Of a stretch of 64,000 bases of DNA, positions 57,705-64,000 are shown one piece after another (the stretch's first letter is position 1; each line of letters starts with the position of its first letter). Position numbers and translations under genes: made by a program. This DNA comes from Patescibacteria group bacterium (GTDB lineage: Bacteria; Patescibacteriota; Microgenomatia; Levybacterales; UBA12049), in NCBI GenBank assembly GCA_038064195.1, contig JBBTTO010000002.1:539722-603721 (forward strand). The letters are read 5' to 3'. The notes under the pieces were generated by a model. It saw only the letters and a list, made by a program, of their open reading frames with translations. It made no database searches and was not told the origin of the DNA.

Positions 57705-59330
57705 ATGAGGCAATTGAAAAAAGTCAACCTGGGTTCTGGCAGAGATTATCTCGAGGGATGGATAAATGTAGATATAGATCCGCACGCTAAGGTTGATGTC
57801 GTTGCTGATTTGAGCTCAACCTTCCCTTTTAAAGACGACACTATTGATGAAGTCAAGGCTTCGGATATACTGGAGCATTTCACAAAAGAGGATGGAGTTA
57901 AGTTCTTGACAGAATGTCATCGTGTACTACGTCACGGAGGTAAAATTTTTATCAGGACTCATGATCTTCAGGCGATCACTAGGAAATTTTCCGGTGATCC
58001 CTTAGTTATGACGCATTTCATCTATGGAGATACTTCAGATACAGGGGTTTTTGGAGCTCACAAGTATGCGTATACTGAAGATTCTCTTCGATTTGTCCTT
58101 AAAAAAACAGGATTTGAAATTGAATCGTATCGTTTGGATGAGACAAATCACGTCGTCGCGGCTGTTAAGAAGCCAATAAAAAAGAAAAATTTGAAGATCG
58201 CAATTATTCAGCAAACCCCCGACATTGGGGGAGCGGAGACTTATATGCATTCCCTCGTTGAAAAATTCCTAAAAAAGGACAATCAGATCTACTTAGTAAC
58301 AAATCTTGACCGATATGTAAAGTTATTTTCGGATCGCGTTGTTATAGATATTGTGCCATACAATTTAGATTTCAATGGAGATTGGAGAGGATTAATAAAA
58401 TCAACATTTATTCTCCCCATGGCTATTATTTACTATTTACGTTTGCTAAATAGGTATAGGAAAGAAGGAGTTGATGTCCTTTTGGCTAGTAATTTTAGCG
58501 ACAAGCTTTTGGTAACATTTCTTTCACTGTTTTATCACCTGCCAATAGTTTGGATTGAATATGGTAGGTTAGGAGCTATCTTTAAGCGTAATTTTTTGAT
58601 TCCTAAAATTCTATATCGCTTATTTAAAAATATTCCGAAAGAAGTAATCGTCCCTAGCAAAAATACACAACAAAGCTTGATTGTTGACGCGAGGGTATCC
58701 TTGGCCAAACTCCGTGTTATTCCATGCGGTACGGAGATTCAGTCAAAAAAAATAAAAAAGTCCAAATTATCAGCAGAGTTTAAAGATAATTTTGTTATCG
58801 GTAACATATCCCGCATGACAAGAGAAAAAGGACAGCAAGTTATTATTAATGCCGCTCCGCTTATTATTAAGAAAGTTCCCAATGCTAAGTTCCTACTTGT
58901 GGGTGATGGGCCTGATAGAGATTATTTTCAGTCGTTAATAAATACACTTGGATTAAAGGAATATTTTATCCTCCCCGGATTTGTTGAAGACACGAACGAA
59001 TATTATTCTTTAATGGATATTTTTATTTTCCCGACTATATGGGAATTAGAAGGATTTGGTGTAGTAGCGATTGAGGCAATGATGAGGGAGATTCCTGTTA
59101 TTGCAAGTAACTTCGGACCTATTCCTGAGATTATCGATGATTGCAGGACCGGGTTACTTTTCAAACCTGGGGACAGTGAGGATTTGTCCCAAAAGGTTAT
59201 AAAATTGGCAGATGACTCGAAATTGAGAACTACGCTGGCCGGGAATGCTCTTAATAAAGCCAGGGAAGAATACGCTATTGATAAGATCAGTGAAAAGGTG
59301 CTTGAGGTGCTTAATGATGCTACGCTTTAA
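57705..59330 (+). CDS. Fusion protein: N-terminal class I SAM methyltransferase and C-terminal GT4 glycosyltransferase
   Basis: N-terminal VNLGSGRDYLEGWINVDID...LRHGGKIFI. C-terminal GT4 motif EGFGVVAIEAMMREIPVIASN. Confidence 0.6.
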   Translation: MRQLKKVNLGSGRDYLEGWINVDIDPHAKVDVVADLSSTFPFKDDTIDEVKASDILEHFTKEDGVKFLTECHRVLRHGGKIFIRTHDLQAITRKFSGDPLVMTHFIYGDTSDTGVFGAHKYAYTEDSLRFVLKKTGFEIESYRLDETNHVVAAVKKPIKKKNLKIAIIQQTPDIGGAETYMHSLVEKFLKKDNQIYLVTNLDRYVKLFSDRVVIDIVPYNLDFNGDWRGLIKSTFILPMAIIYYLRLLNRYRKEGVDVLLASNFSDKLLVTFLSLFYHLPIVWIEYGRLGAIFKRNFLIPKILYRLFKNIPKEVIVPSKNTQQSLIVDARVSLAKLRVIPCGTEIQSKKIKKSKLSAEFKDNFVIGNISRMTREKGQQVIINAAPLIIKKVPNAKFLLVGDGPDRDYFQSLINTLGLKEYFILPGFVEDTNEYYSLMDIFIFPTIWELEGFGVVAIEAMMREIPVIASNFGPIPEIIDDCRTGLLFKPGDSEDLSQKVIKLADDSKLRTTLAGNALNKAREEYAIDKISEKVLEVLNDATL

Positions 59331-60741
59331 TGTTTTTTTTACTAGAAAACCCTTTATTCCTCTGTTAGGTATTCCTCTTTATTTTTTTTATAGTTACAAC
59401 ATAACGCAGTTAATGCCTTTTTACGGAGATATAGGTTGGTTTTATCTTTCAGCGAGGGATTTATTACTAGGGAAGGGGTTTCCTCTCGTAGGTATAACTT
59501 CGAGTCATACTTGGCTTCATCAAGGCCCCCTATGGACATATTTTTTGAGTGTTGCATTGTGGCTCGGTAATTTTGACCCTCTTGCAGGAGGATATCTGTC
59601 AATATTACTGGGAATTTTAACAGTATACTGTATCTACTATATAGGCAAAAGAATGTTCTCAGAAAGGGTGGGTGTGATAGCGGCATTTCTCTATAGCTTG
59701 TCACCTTTGGTTATTCTAAATATCCGTACTCCTTACCATACGACTCCTATTCCGATTTTTGCACTTTTATACTTCATGAGTATCTATCTTTGGGTAAAGG
59801 GTCAAAAGTCATTCTTAGGTTTTAGTCTTTTTTTCCTGGCCATTCTGTATAATTTGGAACTTGCCACTGTCATATTGGTAGTACCAATGGTGGCTTTTCT
59901 CATGTATGGGCTATGGCAAAAAAAGAGCTATACAAAAAAAATAGGGAAGACTGACGCGTTCAAGGCATTCTTACTGGGGCTGATTCCGATGCTTCCTATT
60001 CTTATTTATGACGTGACACACGGATTCAAACAAACTCTCATTTACGGGGGTTGGTTGTTTTATTCCTTTACAAGGGGACTTCTCGGATTTTTATACGGTT
60101 CATCTGACACAACAGAAAAAATTGAAGTTCTGAATTTTCTCTATTCTTCACTGAGAAGCCTTATTTTTTTTGATAACGGTTTGATTGCTCTTTTACTCCT
60201 GGGGATCTCATTTTTATGGGTAGCTTATTTATTATTTAGACAATATAAGCAGTCTAGAATCAACCCTGCATATGTATTAGTTATTTTTTGGTTTTTATTA
60301 ACGGTTAGTATTTTGATTCTTAATGGAGTAGCATCTGATGCTTATCTTCCTCAGCTTTATCCTGCCATTTTTTTAATTTTGGCCTTAGGGGCTGATTCAT
60401 TACATCGCATTTCGCCTAAGTTACCATATTTTATTATAATTGTAGTTTTCATATTTAACATACACTCGGTTATTACTCATAACTACTTTATGGCTGAAGG
60501 TGAAGGTATACCGTTGAGTTCACGTCAAGCAATCGCTAACGAGATGATTAGCAAATCTGACTCCAAAGCCATTATAATAAAAGGTGAGGGGATTGGGAGT
60601 CAATTCAGAAGCTTTACTATGCCTTACGAATATTTAGTCTGGTATTACGATCCGGGTAGGCGTGTCGGCAAGTCCTCTAAATTATTTATAGTAAGCGAAA
60701 GAGAATTTAGGATTAACCTTGATGAGAAATACTATGATTAG
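59314..60741 (+). CDS. GT-C-type membrane glycosyltransferase (ArnT/PMT-like). The ATG at 59314 is preferred over the ORF track start at 59245.
   Basis: Many TM segments. Similar architecture to 61485 and 13470. Confidence 0.4.
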   Translation: MMLRFNVFFTRKPFIPLLGIPLYFFYSYNITQLMPFYGDIGWFYLSARDLLLGKGFPLVGITSSHTWLHQGPLWTYFLSVALWLGNFDPLAGGYLSILLGILTVYCIYYIGKRMFSERVGVIAAFLYSLSPLVILNIRTPYHTTPIPIFALLYFMSIYLWVKGQKSFLGFSLFFLAILYNLELATVILVVPMVAFLMYGLWQKKSYTKKIGKTDAFKAFLLGLIPMLPILIYDVTHGFKQTLIYGGWLFYSFTRGLLGFLYGSSDTTEKIEVLNFLYSSLRSLIFFDNGLIALLLLGISFLWVAYLLFRQYKQSRINPAYVLVIFWFLLTVSILILNGVASDAYLPQLYPAIFLILALGADSLHRISPKLPYFIIIVVFIFNIHSVITHNYFMAEGEGIPLSSRQAIANEMISKSDSKAIIIKGEGIGSQFRSFTMPYEYLVWYYDPGRRVGKSSKLFIVSEREFRINLDEKYYD

Positions 60742-61501
60742 CGCGGTAGTACTCGTAAAAAATCAGGAAGGTCAGCTTAAAGATTGTCTGGACTCATTAA
60801 AATGGTGTGATGAAATTGTGGTGATCGATGATGATTCCACTGATTACTCTGTTGAAGTCGCTAAAAATATGGGGGCTAAAGTATACACACGTTCTCTTCG
60901 AGGCAATTTTTCACAGCAACGCAACTACGCTCTGGAGAAAGTAAAAAATGATTGGGTTCTTTTTGTCGATGCTGATGAGAGAGTGAGTCCGGAGCTTTCA
61001 GAGGAGATCTATCAGCAGACCTCACAGTTTCTGACCTCTGTTAACGGTTTTTTAATACCCAGAGTAGATTACTTATGGGGAAGACGATTGCGTTTTGGTG
61101 AGACTAAGTCCAGCAAATTTTTACGATTGGCGAGAAAGGATAAAGGAGAGTGGGTAGGACAAGTCCATGAACAGTGGAAAGTCATTGGTAATACCGCAAC
61201 CTTTAAGAACTCGCTAAGTCACTATCCGCATCAGACTATCAGAGAGTTTCTCTCAGAGATCAATTTCTACTCTACCTTACGAGCTCAAGAATTGCATTCC
61301 CAAAAGAAATCGGTAACCAAACTTGAAATCTTGTTATACCCATTAGGTAAGCTCTTCTATAATTATTTTCTAAGACTTGGTTTTCTTGACGGTGTGCCCG
61401 GATTACTCGTCTGTTTTATGATGAGTTTTCATTCTTTCTTAGTGAGAGGGAAGTTGTGGCAGTTAAATCAACGAAAAAAAGACTATGATTTCGGGAATTA
61501 A
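60719..61501 (+). CDS. Glycosyltransferase family 2 (WaaE/KdtX-like)
   Basis: ISAVVLVKNQEGQLKDCLDSLKWCDEIVVIDDDSTDYS...FVDADERV motifs. Confidence 0.65.
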   Translation: MMRNTMISAVVLVKNQEGQLKDCLDSLKWCDEIVVIDDDSTDYSVEVAKNMGAKVYTRSLRGNFSQQRNYALEKVKNDWVLFVDADERVSPELSEEIYQQTSQFLTSVNGFLIPRVDYLWGRRLRFGETKSSKFLRLARKDKGEWVGQVHEQWKVIGNTATFKNSLSHYPHQTIREFLSEINFYSTLRAQELHSQKKSVTKLEILLYPLGKLFYNYFLRLGFLDGVPGLLVCFMMSFHSFLVRGKLWQLNQRKKDYDFGN

Positions 61502-62996
61502 ACGATTTAGCCTCAGGCATCCTCTTATTCTCCTGAGTACTTTTTTTCTTTTTTTAAGATTACCATACCTTACAAAACTCCCGATTTTTAACGATGAGGC
61601 TATTTACTTAGATTGGGGCTGGAGAGAAACGCATAATCCCGGTTTTCTTTTTTACTCATTATACGACGCTAAGCAGCCTTTAATTATGTGGGCTTTTGGT
61701 TTGTCACAAGAATTATTCTCCGACACTCTTTTGGCGGGAAGATTGGTATCGGTTCTGATCGGCCTACTGGGAGCTTTGGGATTATATAAGTTACTCAGCC
61801 AAACAATTAATAGACAATATGCATTAATCGGTTCTTTGATCTATAGTCTAATACCTATTTTTCTTTTCTTTGATAGACAGGCCCTTATGGAGAGTGCGAT
61901 GGTGACTGTAGTTTTTTGGGGATGTTTTTACACACTTGAAGTTATCGAAAATCAATCGTTCGGCTCATCTGCCATGCTGGGAGTCGTCTATGGGCTGGGA
62001 TTTTTTAGTAAATCAACTGCTTTATTATTCTTCCTAGTTTCTCTGCTTATTATTTTGTATAGCTTTGTTAAGGAACGCAAAACCGCGTTAACCATAAGAC
62101 ATCTATCCTTGATACTCCTGGTTTTTTTGGGAGTATGCTTGTTACTTCTTATCCAGCCTGAATTCTGGGCTACATTAGGGTCAAATAGTAGGTACACCCT
62201 CTCACTCAAAGAGCTAGTTAATCAGTCATCCTTATATTGGGTAGATAAGGCCAGCAAGAATACTCTTATTCTTTTCTTAAGTTTGACTCCAATAATAGTT
62301 CTGACTGGTATATTTGGGATATACAAGAGCTTAAAAGGTAAGGAGGATCTCCTTAAAAGGGTCGTATATATATTTGCTATTACGTTTTTTTTACAATTTC
62401 TCTTTTCACGCTTCGCTACTCCGCGTTACTTAGTTACCTTTATGGCACTATTTACCCCATTTATCATATTTGGCTACAAATCTTTGACTGAAAATCTCAA
62501 GCGTGTTTTTCTCATCTCGCTTATTATGCCAGTCACAATTTCATTATTATCCATTACTTATCCAATACAATATTTGAACCTTATTGGCTTTGGAGTTGAT
62601 GAGGGATACACGAGAGGGCAGACTTCAGGAATAGGTGTGAAAGAGGCAGGGTACTATGTTCAGTCTCTTACTAAAGGCAAAAGAGCATTCGTGGCAATGG
62701 CATTAAATGCAGGAAATCCGGAAAGCGGTATTATTGATTTTTTTCAAAAAGATGAACTTATTAAGACTGGATTTATGGATAGTCAGGGTTTAGGAGATTT
62801 AAGCTCAATTGAGTGTCTTAAAGCACCTATACCTCTGTATTATCTTACACGCAATGAAGAGATAGGGGAGTTTGCTCGGTATTTCAAGAAAATAAAAACT
62901 ATTCATCAACCCTCAGGGGGATACTCAATCGGCATTTATCAGCTAAATACGGAGTGTAAAGGTAAAAGTATTACACTAAAAACTATTAAAACATGA
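61485..62996 (+). CDS. GT-C-type membrane glycosyltransferase (GT39/GT83 ArnT/PMT-like)
   Basis: N-terminal LPYLTKLPIFNDEAIYLDWGWRE-type first-loop motif with conserved acidic residues. At least 10 TM segments. Confidence 0.45.
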   Translation: MISGIKRFSLRHPLILLSTFFLFLRLPYLTKLPIFNDEAIYLDWGWRETHNPGFLFYSLYDAKQPLIMWAFGLSQELFSDTLLAGRLVSVLIGLLGALGLYKLLSQTINRQYALIGSLIYSLIPIFLFFDRQALMESAMVTVVFWGCFYTLEVIENQSFGSSAMLGVVYGLGFFSKSTALLFFLVSLLIILYSFVKERKTALTIRHLSLILLVFLGVCLLLLIQPEFWATLGSNSRYTLSLKELVNQSSLYWVDKASKNTLILFLSLTPIIVLTGIFGIYKSLKGKEDLLKRVVYIFAITFFLQFLFSRFATPRYLVTFMALFTPFIIFGYKSLTENLKRVFLISLIMPVTISLLSITYPIQYLNLIGFGVDEGYTRGQTSGIGVKEAGYYVQSLTKGKRAFVAMALNAGNPESGIIDFFQKDELIKTGFMDSQGLGDLSSIECLKAPIPLYYLTRNEEIGEFARYFKKIKTIHQPSGGYSIGIYQLNTECKGKSITLKTIKT

Positions 62997-63126
62997 AGAT
63001 CGTTCAGAAAAACAATAAGGACAAATACATGCCCCTTCTCTTCTTAGTATGGACTATAGCTATAATGTTTTTTTTTGTTTATCATTTACTTTGTAAAAAC
63101 AAATTCTGCTTATTAGGAGAGCTATT

Positions 63127-63828
63127 ATGGTGAATTATAGAGGAGTCAAAACATTAGAAGTTCTTGAGGGAGCGAAGAATTATAATCGCTGGATCGCTTC
63201 CGAGATGAGCAAGTATATAACCGCTCCCGTTCTTGAGATAGGAGCTGGTTCTGGAAGCGTTTCTTCCTTAATTATCAAAAAACGTCCATATACTCTTTCA
63301 GATATTGATAGCGGATTAGTGAAGCTTTTAAATGAAAAGTTTAAAGGAAAGATCGGCATAGCAGTTAAAATACTTGATATTGAGAAAAAACCACCTTCTC
63401 ATTTGCAAAATACTTTCAAGTCTATAGTAGGAGTTAATGTCTTTGAACATATTCGCGATGATCGTAGGGCATTTATTCATGCGAACCAGCTTCTTAAAAA
63501 GAGAGGAAGACTGATTATGCTTGTTCCCGCCAAGCAATTTGCCTTTACCAAACTTGATCGGGAGCTAGGACATTTTAGGAGATATGAAAAAGCAGAACTT
63601 GAACAGAAACTTTTAGGTGCGGGATTTATCATTGATCATATATATTTTTTTAATCTCGTAGGTCTTATAAGTTGGCTTATTCGCGATCGTGTCGACAGAA
63701 GTCATATTCAGTTGAAACCGTATCAAATCAAACTTTTTGATAGCATAGTTCCTATACTTCGCTTTGTCGAAACTAAAATTCGTCCGGTCATAGGAATTTC
63801 TCTAATAGTAGTAGCTCGCAAAGTTTGA
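63127..63828 (+). CDS. Class I SAM-dependent methyltransferase
   Basis: VLEIGAGSGSVSSLI motif I. IVGVNVFEHI motif. Confidence 0.65.
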   Translation: MVNYRGVKTLEVLEGAKNYNRWIASEMSKYITAPVLEIGAGSGSVSSLIIKKRPYTLSDIDSGLVKLLNEKFKGKIGIAVKILDIEKKPPSHLQNTFKSIVGVNVFEHIRDDRRAFIHANQLLKKRGRLIMLVPAKQFAFTKLDRELGHFRRYEKAELEQKLLGAGFIIDHIYFFNLVGLISWLIRDRVDRSHIQLKPYQIKLFDSIVPILRFVETKIRPVIGISLIVVARKV

Positions 63829-63829
63829 C

Positions 63830-64000
63830 ATGAAAAAAAATATTGTCGCTCATATAGTTGTTTTTCTCTTATTCTTTTTTTTAGCTGCTTTTATAACCTA
63901 CCCGCTTATTTTTCATCTGGGGGATCTTTCGACTGGTACGGGTGATGAGCTTCTTATTGCGTGGATAAATAAATGGATTATTCACGCGCTTACGTCCCAA
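63830..64000 (+). CDS. 5' part of a membrane protein gene, truncated by the window end
   Basis: ATG at 63830, 2 nt after the previous stop. Hydrophobic N-terminus (IVAHIVVFLLFFFLAAFITYPLIF). Confidence 0.35.
   Translation, partial: MKKNIVAHIVVFLLFFFLAAFITYPLIFHLGDLSTGTGDELLIAWINKWIIHALTSQ

Noticed and set aside
1-64000. rRNA genes, integrase, transposase or phage structural genes
   Set aside because: No rRNA-like conserved stretches. No tyrosine/serine recombinase, DDE transposase or phage capsid/terminase motifs recognised. Mobility is inferred only from repeats and context.

Overview
The window reads as a low-GC (~38-40%), gene-dense bacterial chromosome segment. It has the hallmarks of a small-genome, Patescibacteria/CPR-like organism, which is an inference: a stripped-down division/cell-wall cluster, a type-2 IleS, a tRNA without an encoded CCA, and many GT-C membrane glycosyltransferases.

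Core content, left to right:
- A reduced dcw cluster: glmS' - mraY - ftsW - murG - ftsQ-like - ftsA - ftsZ.
- A secreted RHS/Tc-toxin-like locus: a small RHS-core-toxin protein, a putative immunity protein, and a 2030-aa SpvB/TcB-like YD-repeat giant protein ending in lectin-like domains.
- A CsoR-regulated copper operon (csoR, cupredoxin, copA, membrane-cupredoxin, copZ), with a recognisable CsoR operator palindrome over the promoter -10.
- ileS - rodA - rplU - rpmA - parB, convergent with lepB.
- tRNA-Val(CAC).
- A ~21-kb envelope-glycan locus with GT2/GT4/GT-C transferases, a Wzx flippase, methyltransferases and a CDP-dideoxy/branched-sugar operon (rfbF, SDR dehydratase, E1-like DegT, YerE-like TPP enzyme, RfbJ-like SDR). 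This operon carries an embedded DmpF/DmpG-like dehydrogenase/aldolase pair.

The most unusual signal is a repeat family made of the last ~28 nt of ftsZ. Those bases encode the conserved FtsZ C-terminal tail IPAFLRQRN plus the stop codon.
- One copy is the real ftsZ end. An identical 28-nt copy lies 1.75 kb downstream. Together they bracket an inserted island carrying an Lnu-like nucleotidyltransferase and a T5orf172/GIY-YIG-like protein.
- Three further diverged copies lie next to tRNA-Val. Two of them still encode IPAFLR(Q)RN through synonymous changes.
- These three delimit two more cassettes. One is a tightly coupled three-gene operon of unknown function. The other is a PIN-like/zinc-ribbon protein followed by an HEPN-like protein, and the second gene is interrupted at an A9 slippage tract.
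- Two of the islands also share a 12-nt motif, ATTGTGCGACGT, just upstream of consensus-like promoters.

Together this looks like an uncharacterised family of integrating cassettes that target, and carry a mimic of, the ftsZ 3' end. No recombinase is visible in the window. All functional calls are by motif recognition from the sequence; no database searches were run.
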